This document shows, one piece after another, positions 8,829-19,382 of a stretch of 58,602 nt of DNA. The notes below the pieces were generated by a model, which was not told the DNA's origin, did not search any database, and saw nothing but the letters and a program-made list of their open reading frames with translations. The DNA comes from Devosia sp. (GTDB lineage: Bacteria > Pseudomonadota > Alphaproteobacteria > Rhizobiales > Devosiaceae), in NCBI GenBank assembly GCA_039808625.1, contig JBDHTK010000001.1, forward strand, positions 1-58,602. Reading direction: 5' to 3'. Numbering within the stretch: the stretch's first letter is position 1; each line of letters begins with the position of its first letter. Position numbers and translations under genes: made by a program.

Positions 8829-10540
8829 TGCGTGCGGTCCTTCATCGCCTTGTACTCGTCGCGCAGCTCCTTCTTCGAGAGCTTGCCGATGAGGGTTTTC
8901 GGAAGCTGCTCCTTGAAGATGATCTCGCGCGGCATTTCAAGCTTGTTGAGCCGCTCGGAAATGAATTTCCGGAGCTCGGCCTCGCTCGCCGCCTGGCCCT
9001 CGTGCAGCTTGACGAAAGCCACCGCCGCCTCGCCGCGATGCTCGTCGGGCACGCCGATGACGCTGGTCTCGTCCACCGCCGGGTGGGCGAGCAGCGCCTC
9101 CTCGATGGTGCGCGGGTAGATGTTGAAGCCCGACGAGATGATGAGGTCCTTGATACGGTCGACGAGGAAGACGTAGCCGTCCGCGTCGACGTAGCCGACG
9201 TCGCCGGTGCGCAGCCAGCCGTCCATGAAGGCCTCGGCGCTGGCCTCGGGGTTGTCATAGTAGCCGAGCATGACCTGCGGGCCCTTGACCTGCAATTCGC
9301 CGCGCTCGCCCAGGGCGGCGACCTTGCCCGTCTCGATGTCCATGAAGCGCACGTCGGTGGCCGGCAGCGGCATGCCGATGGAGAGCGGCTTCGAGGGCGC
9401 GCGCAGCGCGGCGCAGCAGACCACGGGCGAGGCCTCGGTGAGGCCGTAGCCTTCGGCGAGGATGGCGTCGGAGACGGCGGCGAACTTGCCGCGCAGCTCG
9501 CCCGGCAGCGCGGCGCCGCCCGACACCACGACCTCGAGCGGGGACAGGGCCTCGCGGTCGGCGCCGCCGAGCTTGGCGAGGGTCTGGATGAGGGTGGGCA
9601 CCGCCGGCAGGACGTTGGGCCGCGTGCGGCGCATCATGTCGAGGAAGCCCTTGAGCTCGAAGCGCGGCAGCATCACCACCTGCGCGCCGTTGCACAGCGG
9701 CACGTTGAGGCACACCGTCATCGCGAAGATGTGGAAGAAGGGCAGGATGGCGACGACCTTGCTGGGCGGATAGAACAGGCCGCAGCCCCAGGCGTCGATC
9801 TGGCTCATATTGGCGGCGATGTTGCCGTGGCTCAGCATGGCGCCCTTGGGCAGGCCGGTGGTGCCGCCGGTATATTGCTGCACCGCCACATCGTGGAGCG
9901 GATCGATGCGCACCGGCGCCGGCCGGTCGCGGCGGGCGAGGAGGTCGTGATACCAGGTGCAGGCCGCGGCGGCCGGCGAGGCCGCGGGGCGCGCCAGCTC
10001 CTTGCCGCGCAGCAGCGGGAACAGCAGGCGCTTCAGCCCCGGCAGGGCGTGCGGGAAGTGGCAGACGACCAGCTTCCTGACATGGCCGGCGGCGACCAGC
10101 GCCGCGGCCTTGTCGAAGGTGACCTTGAGGTCGAGCGTGACCATGAGGTCGGCGCCGGCGTTGGAGGTGATGTGCGACAGCTCGTGCAGCGTGTAGAGCG
10201 GGTTGCAGTTGACCACGGTGCCGCCGGCCAGCAGCACGCCGTAATAGGCGACGGCGTAGAACGGCGTGTTGGGCAGCAGCAGCGCGACGCGGCTGCCCTT
10301 CTTCACGCCGTATTGTGCCTGCAGCGCGCCGGCGAAGGCGGTGATGGCCTCGCCGAGGTCGCCGAAGCTGGTCTTGCCGCCGAGGAAGTCGAGCGCCGTC
10401 GCCGCGGGGGTGCGGGCGCAGGCAGCCAGCACCTGCTCGTGCACCGGCGTGAGATCGGGCTGGACCTGCCAGTCGATGCCCTCCGGGTAGTTGGCGATCC
10501 AGGGACGCGGGTGATCCGTATCGGCGGCGTCGGCGGTCAT
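8825..10540 (-). CDS. fadD: Long-chain fatty acid-CoA ligase
   Basis: AMP-binding QYTGGTTGLPKG, EGYGLTEASP, GWLRTGD, PKTLIGK. Confidence 0.88.
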   Translation of the reverse strand: MTADAADTDHPRPWIANYPEGIDWQVQPDLTPVHEQVLAACARTPAATALDFLGGKTSFGDLGEAITAFAGALQAQYGVKKGSRVALLLPNTPFYAVAYYGVLLAGGTVVNCNPLYTLHELSHITSNAGADLMVTLDLKVTFDKAAALVAAGHVRKLVVCHFPHALPGLKRLLFPLLRGKELARPAASPAAAACTWYHDLLARRDRPAPVRIDPLHDVAVQQYTGGTTGLPKGAMLSHGNIAANMSQIDAWGCGLFYPPSKVVAILPFFHIFAMTVCLNVPLCNGAQVVMLPRFELKGFLDMMRRTRPNVLPAVPTLIQTLAKLGGADREALSPLEVVVSGGAALPGELRGKFAAVSDAILAEGYGLTEASPVVCCAALRAPSKPLSIGMPLPATDVRFMDIETGKVAALGERGELQVKGPQVMLGYYDNPEASAEAFMDGWLRTGDVGYVDADGYVFLVDRIKDLIISSGFNIYPRTIEEALLAHPAVDETSVIGVPDEHRGEAAVAFVKLHEGQAASEAELRKFISERLNKLEMPREIIFKEQLPKTLIGKLSKKELRDEYKAMKDRTQ

Positions 10541-10612
10541 CGTCTCTCCTCCGAAAAGAGCGGGGTTCTGTAGCCTCGCGGCCGACCCGCTTCGGAGGAA
10601 CTAGAGCATGGG

Positions 10613-10628
10613 CTTCCCTATACGTCAA
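10613..10628. promoter_or_regulatory. Degenerate second LiuR-type site
   Basis: CTTCCCTATACGTCAA shares the right half TATACGTCAA with the 10686 palindrome. Confidence 0.5.
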
Positions 10629-10684
10629 AGAGGTTCCCCACGGTCGCGGGGGTGTCCTTCAGCGTATTCCCTATAGGGCTTTTC

Positions 10685-10702
10685 ATTGACGTATACGTCA
10701 AT
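10685..10702. promoter_or_regulatory. LiuR-type MerR operator palindrome
   Basis: Perfect 18-bp palindrome ATTGACGTATACGTCAAT between divergent fadD and fadE; matches the LiuR-type TTGACGT-N2-ACGTCAA. Confidence 0.8.
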
Positions 10703-10775
10703 ATGAGCCTATGGTGTTGGAAACGGCCGGGCCCGAGGGTTAAATGCCGTTGCCCGGCCGGGCAAAGGAGGAACC

Positions 10776-13241
10776 GTGCTGACGCTGGCCTTGGTGGTGA
10801 TCGGGGTTGCGGGGGCGTTGACTCTCGCGATGCGGCGGGCGCCGCTGTGGCAATGGGCGCTGCTGGCACTGCTCCTCGCCTTGTTGAGCCGGGTGGTGAC
10901 AGCCCCCGAGCTCGCCATCGACCTCGTCTCGCCGTGGACGCTACTGGCGCTGGTTCCGGCCGTCGTCCTGGGACTGCTGTGCATCGCGCCGCTCCGGCGC
11001 CTCGCGGTGACGGGGCCGGCCTACGGCATGGTCAAGGCCATCCTGCCGCGCGTCTCGCGCACCGAGCAGGAGGCGCTGGATGCCGGCACGGTCGGCTGGG
11101 ACGCCGAGCTGTTCTCGGGCACGCCGCGCTGGGACAGGCTGCTCGCCATCCGCAAGCCGACGCTGACGGCCGAGGAGCAGGCGTTCCTCGACGGCCCGGT
11201 CAACACCGTCTGCGCCATGATCGACGACTGGGACATCAGGCACAATCGCGCCGACCTGCCGCCCGAGGTGTGGGCCTATCTCAAGGAGCAGGGGTTCCTC
11301 GGCATGCTCATCGGCAAGGAGCATGGCGGGCTCGGCTTTTCGGCGCAGGCGCAGAGCCAGGTGGTGAGCAAGGTGGCGAGCCGCTCGGTGGCTGCCGGCA
11401 TCACCGTGATGGTGCCCAATTCGCTGGGGCCGGGCGAGCTGCTCGAAAAATACGGCACGCCGGCGCAGCAGGAAAAGTACCTCAGCCGCCTCGCCAGGGG
11501 CCAGGACGTGCCGTGCTTCGCGCTCACCGGGCCGCATGCCGGCTCGGATGCGGCGGGCATGCGCGACGTCGGCGTCGTCACCTACGACATGTACGAGGGC
11601 AAGAAGACCCTCGGCGTGCGGCTGAGCTGGGACAAGCGCTACATCACGCTGGCGCCGGTGGCGACGCTGATCGGGCTCGCCTTCCACCTGCACGATCCCG
11701 AGCACCTCCTCGGCGACACCGAGAATATCGGCATCACGCTGGCGCTGGTGCCGGCCGACCATCCGGGCGTCGAGATCGGGCGGCGGCACTACCCGGCGCG
11801 CGCGGCGTTCATGAACGGGCCGGTGAAAGGGCGCAACGTCTTCATCCCCATCGATTTCCTGATCGGCGGCACGCAATATGTCGGGCAGGGCTGGCGCATG
11901 CTGATGGAATGCCTCGCGGCCGGCCGCGGCATCTCGCTGCCGGCCATCGGCACCGTGTCGATCAAGCACGCGCTGCGCGTCACCTCGGCCTATGCGCGCA
12001 TCCGCCGGCAGTTCGGCATCGCCGTGGGCATCATGGAGGGCGTCGCCGAGCCGCTGAGCCGCATGGTGCGCTCGGCCTACACCTTCGAGGCGGCGCGGGC
12101 GCTGACCGCCTCGATGGTCGATGAAGGCCAGAAGCCGGCGGTGATCTCGGCGCTGCTCAAGTACCGCACCACCGACGCCATGCGCGACCGCGTCAACGAT
12201 GCGCTCGACATCCACGGCGGGCGGGCGCTGCAGGACGGGCCGTCCAACTACCTGTTCTCGGGCTACATGACGACGCCGGTGGCCATCACCGTCGAGGGCG
12301 CCAATATCCTGACGCGCACGCTCATCACCTTCGCGCAGGGGGCGCTCAGGGCCCATCCCTATCTCTATGCCGAGATCGCGGCGGCGCAGGACAAGGACCG
12401 CAAGGCCGGCATCGCGGCGTTCGACACGGCGTTCGGCGGGCATGTGCGCTTCATGCTGCGCAACATCGCCGGCAGCTTCCTGCACGGGCTGACCTTCGGG
12501 CGCTTCGCGTCGAGCCCGGTCAGCGACGAGATGGCGATCTGGTACCGGCAGGTCGCGCGCTATGCGCAGAGCTTCGCGCTGGTCGGCGACTGGACGGTGA
12601 TCTTCCTCGGCGGCGACCTCAAGCGCAAGCAGCGTCTGTCGGGACGCATGGCCGACATATTGTCGGACCTCTACCTGCTCTCGGCGGTGCTCAAGCGCTA
12701 TGCCGACGAGGGGGCGCTGGCCGAGGACCGGCCGCTCGTCGAGGCCATCGCCAAAGACCACGTCTTCGCGATCGAGCAGAGCTTTGCGGCGGTGTTCGCG
12801 AACTTCCCCAACCCGGTGCTGCGCTGGCTGATGCGCTTCCTCGTCTTCCCGCTCGGGCGGCATGCCCGGCCGGCCTCGGACCGCGAGACCTACCGCTTCG
12901 CGCGCGCCGTGCTGCGGCCCGGCCCGTTCCGCGACCGGCTGACGCTGGGCACCTATGTGACGATGGACCCCAAGGACGTGACGGGCGTTCTGGAAGATGC
13001 GCTCGTCAAGGTGACGAAGGCCGAGGAGATCGAGAGCAAGTTCGTGCGCGCCATCAAGAAGGGCCAGATCGAGCGCCGGCTCGACCGTGACGCCATCACC
13101 GACGCGATGGAGGCGGGCATATTGACCGAGGCCGAGGCGGCGACGCTGCGCCTCGCCGACCAGGCGACCGACCGGGTGATCCGCGTCGACGATTTCGATT
13201 TCGACGCGCTTGCCGCCAAGCAGTTGTCGCGCGCGGACTGA
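10776..13241 (+). CDS. fadE: Acyl-CoA dehydrogenase (large FadE type)
   Basis: N-terminal TM segments; MVPNSLGPGELL; CFALTGPHAGSDA; ITVEGANILTR; RBS AGGAGG before GTG. Confidence 0.9.
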   Translation: MLTLALVVIGVAGALTLAMRRAPLWQWALLALLLALLSRVVTAPELAIDLVSPWTLLALVPAVVLGLLCIAPLRRLAVTGPAYGMVKAILPRVSRTEQEALDAGTVGWDAELFSGTPRWDRLLAIRKPTLTAEEQAFLDGPVNTVCAMIDDWDIRHNRADLPPEVWAYLKEQGFLGMLIGKEHGGLGFSAQAQSQVVSKVASRSVAAGITVMVPNSLGPGELLEKYGTPAQQEKYLSRLARGQDVPCFALTGPHAGSDAAGMRDVGVVTYDMYEGKKTLGVRLSWDKRYITLAPVATLIGLAFHLHDPEHLLGDTENIGITLALVPADHPGVEIGRRHYPARAAFMNGPVKGRNVFIPIDFLIGGTQYVGQGWRMLMECLAAGRGISLPAIGTVSIKHALRVTSAYARIRRQFGIAVGIMEGVAEPLSRMVRSAYTFEAARALTASMVDEGQKPAVISALLKYRTTDAMRDRVNDALDIHGGRALQDGPSNYLFSGYMTTPVAITVEGANILTRTLITFAQGALRAHPYLYAEIAAAQDKDRKAGIAAFDTAFGGHVRFMLRNIAGSFLHGLTFGRFASSPVSDEMAIWYRQVARYAQSFALVGDWTVIFLGGDLKRKQRLSGRMADILSDLYLLSAVLKRYADEGALAEDRPLVEAIAKDHVFAIEQSFAAVFANFPNPVLRWLMRFLVFPLGRHARPASDRETYRFARAVLRPGPFRDRLTLGTYVTMDPKDVTGVLEDALVKVTKAEEIESKFVRAIKKGQIERRLDRDAITDAMEAGILTEAEAATLRLADQATDRVIRVDDFDFDALAAKQLSRAD

Positions 13242-13252
13242 GAGGACAGCAC

Positions 13253-15223
13253 ATGGCCCAGCCCCAGATGCCGGCAATGACCAACTGGCGCTTCGAGCTC
13301 GATCTCGAACGCATCGGCTGGCTGACCATCGACACGCCGAAAGCGCCGGTCAACACGCTGAGCCGGCAATCCATCGGCGAGCTGGAGGCGGCGCTGCTGC
13401 GCGTCGAGGACCTCGTCGCCTCCGGCGAGATCGCCGGCCTGGTGATCCAGTCGGGCAAGGACAGCGGCTTCATCGCCGGCGCCGACGTGACCGAGTTCGA
13501 CGCGATGTCGGATCCGGCGGTGCTGCCCGAGGCGCTGAAGCGCGCCCATGCGGTGATGGACCGGCTCGAGCGCATGAAGGTGCCGACCGTCGCCGCCATC
13601 CACGGCTTCGCGCTGGGCGGCGGGCTGGAGCTGGCGCTCGCCTGCCACTACCGCGTCGCCGTCGACGACGAGAAGACGCGGGTCGGCTTCCCCGAGATCA
13701 ATCTCGGCATCTTCCCCGGCTTCGGCGGCACCGGCCGCTCCATCCGGCAGGCGGGGCCGGTGGCGGCCATGCAGATCATGCTGACCGGCCGCATGGTGAA
13801 GGCCAGGGCGGCGCGGGCGATGGGGCTTGTCGACAAGCTCGTGCGGCATCGCGACATGCTGCACTGGGAGGCGCGCAAGGCGGTGCTGCAGAAGCGCCGC
13901 TCGACGCCGGCGCCGATGGTGCAGCGCATCATGGCGTGGGGGCCGCTGCGCGCGCGCGTCGCCGCGAAGATGCGCGAGGCGGCGGCCAGGAAGGCGCGCC
14001 CCGAGCACTATCCGGCGCCCTCGGCGCTGATCGACCTGTTCGAGCGGCATGGCGACGACTGGCGCGCCATGATCGACGGCGAGGCGGCGGGCTTCGTGCC
14101 GCTGATGGCGACGGACACGGCGCGTAACCTGCGGCGCGTGTTCTTCCTGTCGGAATCGCTCAAGAAGCAGGGGCTGCGCGGCAAGGAGAAGCCCGAGTTC
14201 CGGCGCGTGCATGTGATCGGCGCCGGCGTCATGGGCGGCGACATCGCCGCCTGGTGCGCGCTGCGCGGGCTGGGCGTGACGCTGCAGGACCTCGACATGG
14301 CGCGCATCACGCCGGCGCTGGAGCGGGCCAAGGGGCTGTTCAGGAAGCGCCTCAAGGGCCGCACCGCGGTGGCCTCGGCGGTGGCGCGGCTCGAGGCCGA
14401 CCCGGAAGGCAAGGGGGTGGCGCGCGCCGACGTCATCATCGAGGCGGTGGTCGAAAACCTCGAGATCAAGAAGAAGATCTTCGCCGCGGCCGAGGCGAAG
14501 GCGCGGCCCGACGCGATCCTCGCCACCAACACCTCGTCGATCGCGCTCGAACGCATCGCCGAGGGGCTGGCCGATCCGGCGCGGCTGATCGGGCTGCATT
14601 TCTTCAATCCGGTGGCGCAGCTGCCGCTGGTCGAGGTGATCCGCTCGCGCTTCAATTCCGACGCCGATGCCGCGAAGGGGGCGAGCTTCGCGCTCGCCAT
14701 CGCCAAGAGTCCGGTGCTGGTCAGGTCGGCGCCGGGCTTTCTCGTCAACCGCGTGCTGATGCCCTACATGCTGGGCGCGGTGGAGCGGGTCGAGCGCGGC
14801 GAGAGCAAGGAGCTGATCGACGCCGCGGCGGTGGCCTTCGGCATGCCGATGGGGCCGATCGAGCTGATGGACACGGTGGGCCTCGACGTCGGCCAGTCGG
14901 TGGCGCGCGAACTCGGCCACGCGGTGCCCGAGGGGTCGCGCTTCGCCAAGCTGGTGGCGGCCAAGAAGCTCGGCCGCAAGAGCGGCGAAGGGTTCTACAA
15001 ATGGGTGGACGGCAAGCCGAAAAAGGGCGAGACGCCGGCCCATGCCGACCTCGCCGGGCTCGGCCGCGAGCTGGTGAAGCCGCTGGTCGACACGACCGAG
15101 ATCGTGGTGGGCGAGGGCGTCGTCGCCAGCGCCGACCTCGCCGATATCGGGGTGATCCTGGGCACCGGCTTCGCGCCGTTCCTCGGCGGCCCCATGAACG
15201 CACGCAAGGAAGGGAAGGCCTGA
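13253..15223 (+). CDS. fadJ: Enoyl-CoA hydratase/3-hydroxyacyl-CoA dehydrogenase (fatty acid oxidation complex alpha subunit)
   Basis: FIAGAD, GGGLELALAC, IGAGVMG, ATNTSS, GLHFFNPV, PGFLVNR. Confidence 0.85.
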   Translation: MAQPQMPAMTNWRFELDLERIGWLTIDTPKAPVNTLSRQSIGELEAALLRVEDLVASGEIAGLVIQSGKDSGFIAGADVTEFDAMSDPAVLPEALKRAHAVMDRLERMKVPTVAAIHGFALGGGLELALACHYRVAVDDEKTRVGFPEINLGIFPGFGGTGRSIRQAGPVAAMQIMLTGRMVKARAARAMGLVDKLVRHRDMLHWEARKAVLQKRRSTPAPMVQRIMAWGPLRARVAAKMREAAARKARPEHYPAPSALIDLFERHGDDWRAMIDGEAAGFVPLMATDTARNLRRVFFLSESLKKQGLRGKEKPEFRRVHVIGAGVMGGDIAAWCALRGLGVTLQDLDMARITPALERAKGLFRKRLKGRTAVASAVARLEADPEGKGVARADVIIEAVVENLEIKKKIFAAAEAKARPDAILATNTSSIALERIAEGLADPARLIGLHFFNPVAQLPLVEVIRSRFNSDADAAKGASFALAIAKSPVLVRSAPGFLVNRVLMPYMLGAVERVERGESKELIDAAAVAFGMPMGPIELMDTVGLDVGQSVARELGHAVPEGSRFAKLVAAKKLGRKSGEGFYKWVDGKPKKGETPAHADLAGLGRELVKPLVDTTEIVVGEGVVASADLADIGVILGTGFAPFLGGPMNARKEGKA

Positions 15224-15224
15224 G

Positions 15225-16508
15225 ATGGCGGAGCTTCGCAGGATCGCCATCGTCGGCTCGGCGCGCATCCCGTTCACGCGCGCCTATACGGGCTATGCCG
15301 AGGCCTCGAACCTGTCCATGCTGGCGGCGGCGCTGGGCGGGCTGGCCGACAAATTCGGGCTCAGGGGCGAGCGCGTCGGCGAGGTGATGGGCGGCGCGGT
15401 GATCTCGCACAGCCGCGACTTCAACCTGGCGCGCGAGGCGGCGCTCGATGCCGGCCTGTCGCCGCGCACGCCGGGCACGAGCCTGCAGATCGCCTGCGGC
15501 ACCTCGCTGCAGGCGGCGCTCTGCCTCGGCGGCAAGATCGCGACGGGCGAGATCGACAGCGCCATCGCCTGCGGCAGCGATACGGTGTCGGACAGCCCCA
15601 TCGTCTTCGGCACGACGTTCCAGCACCGGCTGGTGGCCCTCAACCGGGCCCGCACGCCACGCGAAAAGCTCAAGGCGCTCAAGGGCTTCACCATGGGCGA
15701 GCTGACGCCGGTGGCGCCCTCGACGCAGGAGCCGCGCACCGGGCTGTCGATGGGCGAGCATTGCGAGCTGATGGCGCGGCAGTGGCAGATTTCGCGCGAG
15801 GCGCAGGACGAGCTGGCGCTCGCCAGCCACCGCAACGCCACGCGCGCCTATGAGGAGGGGGTGCATGACGACCTGGTCGTGCCCTTCGCCGGGGTGCTCA
15901 AGGACAACAATGTGCGCGCCGACACCAGCCTCGAAAAGATGGCGGCGATGCAGCCGGCCTTCGACAAGCGCTCGGGCCGGGGCACGCTGACCGCCGCCAA
16001 TTCGACGCCGCTGACCGACGGCGCGGCGGCGGTGCTGCTCGCCAGCGAGGACTGGGCGCGGGCGCGCGGCCTGCCGATCCTCGCCTATCTAAGCTACGGG
16101 CAGGTGGCGGCCAACGACTTCGCGCATGGCGACGGGCTGCTGATGGCGCCCACCATCGCCGTCTCCGAGATGCTGGCGCGCGCCGGGCTCACCTTGCAGG
16201 ATTTCGATCTCTACGAGCTGCACGAGGCGTTCGCGGCGCAGGTCCTGTGCACGCTCAAGGCCTGGGAGGACGCGGACTACTGCCGCACGGTGCTGGGCCG
16301 CGAGGCGCCGCTCGGCGCCATCGACCGGGCGAAGCTCAACCCGCGGGGCTCGAGCCTCGCCTACGGCCACCCCTTTGCCGCGACCGGCGCGCGCATCCTC
16401 GGGCTCGCCGCCAAGCAGATGGCAATGGCGGGCCTGAGGCGCGCGCTGATCTCGGTGTGCACGGCGGGCGGGCAGGGCGTCACGGCTATTCTGGAACGGC
16501 CGGCGTGA
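15225..16508 (+). CDS. fadI: 3-ketoacyl-CoA thiolase (FadI type)
   Basis: QIACGTS catalytic Cys, HEAFA, GHPFAATG, CTAGG. Confidence 0.85.
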   Translation: MAELRRIAIVGSARIPFTRAYTGYAEASNLSMLAAALGGLADKFGLRGERVGEVMGGAVISHSRDFNLAREAALDAGLSPRTPGTSLQIACGTSLQAALCLGGKIATGEIDSAIACGSDTVSDSPIVFGTTFQHRLVALNRARTPREKLKALKGFTMGELTPVAPSTQEPRTGLSMGEHCELMARQWQISREAQDELALASHRNATRAYEEGVHDDLVVPFAGVLKDNNVRADTSLEKMAAMQPAFDKRSGRGTLTAANSTPLTDGAAAVLLASEDWARARGLPILAYLSYGQVAANDFAHGDGLLMAPTIAVSEMLARAGLTLQDFDLYELHEAFAAQVLCTLKAWEDADYCRTVLGREAPLGAIDRAKLNPRGSSLAYGHPFAATGARILGLAAKQMAMAGLRRALISVCTAGGQGVTAILERPA

Positions 16509-16746
16509 GCCGCGCGGCTGCGAACCGTACCGGCGAGGCTAGCAAAACGAACGATGATTCAAGGACTTGCAAAGCACGTTAAGCGGGTTGACGCATACGT
16601 CGTGCTTTTGCTTGTCAGTAGACGCATTTGCCATATACGGTTCGGGCAATCTTGACCGGCAGGTAAAAAGCCGCCGGCGCAAAAGAAGCGCTGCCGAACC
16701 ATAAGTTCGGCGCTGTCGGGAAACGTCAAAAGGAGATGGGACGACA

Positions 16747-18372
16747 ATGAAACTCCGCACGATTTTGGGAGCAGCGGTGGCTGTGGGCATGTTGGGCTCC
16801 ACGGCGCTGACCGCCTATGCGGCGCAGGTGCCGGACGGTACCAAGCTGGCCGCCGAGCAGGTGTTCAAGTATCGGGTGCTCGACAACATCAACGCGCTCG
16901 ACCCGGCGCTGGTGGAGGATGTCGACACCGCCTATGTCGTCTCCAACCTCTTCGAAGGCCTCTACATGTCGGATGCGGCCGGCGACCCGGTACCGGGCGC
17001 GGCCGAGAGCTACACCGCCAATGACGACAACACCGTCTTCACCTTCAAGCTGCGCGACGCCAAGTGGTCGAACGGCGACCCGGTGACGGCCGAGGACTTC
17101 GTCTATGGCTGGCAGCGCGCCGTCGATCCCGAGACCGCCTCGCCCTATTCCTACTTCCTCGGCCTCGTGCACATCGCCAATGCCGACGACATCGTGGCCG
17201 GCACGAAGCCGGTGACCGATCTGGGCGTCAAGGCGATCGACGACAAGACCCTCGAGGTCACGCTCAACGCGCCGACCCCGTGGTTCGTGCGCACCATGGC
17301 GCATCCGACCATGTTCGCGACGCCCAAGAAGGCGCATGAGCAGTTCGGCGACGCCTGGACGAAGCCCGAGAACTTCGTCGGCAACGGCGCCTACACGCTG
17401 GCCGAAAACACCCCCGGCGAGCGCGTCGTCCTGAAGCGCAACCCCGGCTACTGGGACAACGAGCACACCGTGCTCGAGGAAGTGCAGTTCCTCACCGTCA
17501 ACGACGAGAACCAGGCGCTGATCCGCTGGCGCGCCGGCGAGCTCGACCAGACCGACGTGCCGGTCGGCCAGTATCCGACGCTCAAGGCCGAGCTGCCCAA
17601 CGAGACCTTCTCGGTGCCGCAGTTCTGCACCTACTACTTCAACATCAACATGACCGACTCGGCCGCCGAGCCGCTCAAGGACGTGCGCGTCCGCCAGGCC
17701 CTCAGCCTCGCGCTCGACCGCGACGTGCTGGTCAACAACGTGCTGCAGGGCGGCCAGCAGCCGGCCTATTCGTTCGTCAATCCGAACACGGCCGGCTTCA
17801 CCATGCCCGACCTGCCGATTGCGCACATGACGCAGGACGAGCGCGACGCCAAGGCCAAGGAGCTGATGGCCGAGGCCGGCTACGGCCCCGACAAGCCGCT
17901 GACCTTCGAGTACGTCTACAACACCTCCGAAGCGCACAAGCAGATCGCGACGGTGGCGGGCCAGATGTGGAAGGAAAAGCTCGGCGTGTCGCTGACGCTC
18001 TCCGACATGGAGTTCGCGACGCTCCTCGACCTGCGCCACAAGGTGGCCTATCCGGGCCTCGCGCGTAACGCCTGGTGCGGCGACTACAACGAGCCCTCGA
18101 CCTTCCTCGGCCTCTACGACTCCAAGTCGGAGCAGAACGATTCCGGCTGGAACAACCCCGAGGTCGACAAGCTGCTGAAGGATGCCAACAGCTCCGGCAA
18201 TGCGGCCGAGCAGTACAAGCAGATCGAAGAGATCGCCGCCGAGGAAGTGCCGATCATCCCGGTCTACTTCTACGCCAAGGTGTTCATGCAGAACGACGAC
18301 GTGAAGGGCTGGCCGTACGACAACGTCGAGCAGACCTGGTACGCCAAGGACCTCTACAAGGTCGCCGAGTAA
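16747..18372 (+). CDS. oppA: Oligopeptide ABC transporter substrate-binding protein
   Basis: Signal peptide; AKWSNGDPVTAEDFVY family-5 signature; WCGDY. Confidence 0.9.
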   Translation: MKLRTILGAAVAVGMLGSTALTAYAAQVPDGTKLAAEQVFKYRVLDNINALDPALVEDVDTAYVVSNLFEGLYMSDAAGDPVPGAAESYTANDDNTVFTFKLRDAKWSNGDPVTAEDFVYGWQRAVDPETASPYSYFLGLVHIANADDIVAGTKPVTDLGVKAIDDKTLEVTLNAPTPWFVRTMAHPTMFATPKKAHEQFGDAWTKPENFVGNGAYTLAENTPGERVVLKRNPGYWDNEHTVLEEVQFLTVNDENQALIRWRAGELDQTDVPVGQYPTLKAELPNETFSVPQFCTYYFNINMTDSAAEPLKDVRVRQALSLALDRDVLVNNVLQGGQQPAYSFVNPNTAGFTMPDLPIAHMTQDERDAKAKELMAEAGYGPDKPLTFEYVYNTSEAHKQIATVAGQMWKEKLGVSLTLSDMEFATLLDLRHKVAYPGLARNAWCGDYNEPSTFLGLYDSKSEQNDSGWNNPEVDKLLKDANSSGNAAEQYKQIEEIAAEEVPIIPVYFYAKVFMQNDDVKGWPYDNVEQTWYAKDLYKVAE

Positions 18373-18389
18373 GCGACTGACTGCGTTGC

Positions 18390-18418
18390 GAAGCCCCGCG
18401 CCGAAGGTGCGGGGCTTC
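18390..18418 (+). terminator. Stem-loop after oppA (partial terminator or mRNA stabiliser)
   Basis: GAAGCCCCGCGCC-GAA-GGTGCGGGGCTTC, 13-bp stem with one G-U; no long U tract. Confidence 0.65.
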
Positions 18419-18455
18419 AACCGCATTCGGGTCCGACCGTGACTCAGGAACCCCG

Positions 18456-19379
18456 ATGATTACGTTCATCCTCAAGCGCCTTGCGATCGCGATCCCGACG
18501 CTGCTGGTGCTGATCGTCATCTCGTTCATTCTGATGAAGATCGCGCCGGGCAGCCCGTTCACCGGCGAGAAGGCGCTCCCCAAGGACGTGCTCGACAACA
18601 TCTATGCGCGCTACGGGCTCGACAAGCCCGAGTGGCAGCAGCTCGTCGAGTATGTCTGGAACATCGTTGCACATTTCGATTTCGGCCCGTCCTTCAAATA
18701 CAAGGACCGCTCGGTCAACGACATCATCGCGCAGGGCTTTCCGGTGACGCTGACCTATGGCTTCTGGGCCTTCATCTTCGCCTGCCTCATCGGCATCACG
18801 ATGGGGATCGTGGCGGCGATCCGGCAGAACAGCTGGATCGACTATTTCGCCATCGGCGTCACCATCGGCGGCCAGGTGGTGCCCAATTTCGTGCTCGCGC
18901 CGATCCTCGTTCTGGTCTTCACGCTATGGTTGCGCTGGCTGCCGGGCGGCGGCTGGAACGGCGGGCAATGGCCCTATGTGGTGATGCCGGTGATCGCGCT
19001 CGCCACCACTTACATGGCCAATATCGCGCGCATCATGCGCTCGTCGATGCTCGAGGTGCTGCACTCCAATTTCATCCGCACGGCACGCGCCAAGGGCATG
19101 CCGGGCTGGCAGGTGATCGTCAAGCACGCGCTGAAGCCGGCGCTGTTGCCGGTGGTGTCCTATCTGGGCCCGGTGTTCGTGGGCATGATCACCGGCTCGG
19201 TGGTGGTCGACCTCTATTTCTCGACCGGCGGCATCGGGCAAGCTTTCGTGAACAGCGCGCTCAACCGCGACTATTCGACTATTCTGGGCGTCACGATCCT
19301 GCTCGGCGCCCTCACCATTGCCGGCAACCTCGTGGTCGACGTGCTCTATGCATGGATCGACCCCAAGATAAGGTATTAG
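18456..19379 (+). CDS. oppB: Oligopeptide ABC permease
   Basis: APGSPF, FIRTARAKG, NRDY, DPKIRY. Confidence 0.9.
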   Translation: MITFILKRLAIAIPTLLVLIVISFILMKIAPGSPFTGEKALPKDVLDNIYARYGLDKPEWQQLVEYVWNIVAHFDFGPSFKYKDRSVNDIIAQGFPVTLTYGFWAFIFACLIGITMGIVAAIRQNSWIDYFAIGVTIGGQVVPNFVLAPILVLVFTLWLRWLPGGGWNGGQWPYVVMPVIALATTYMANIARIMRSSMLEVLHSNFIRTARAKGMPGWQVIVKHALKPALLPVVSYLGPVFVGMITGSVVVDLYFSTGGIGQAFVNSALNRDYSTILGVTILLGALTIAGNLVVDVLYAWIDPKIRY

Positions 19380-19382
19380 CGC

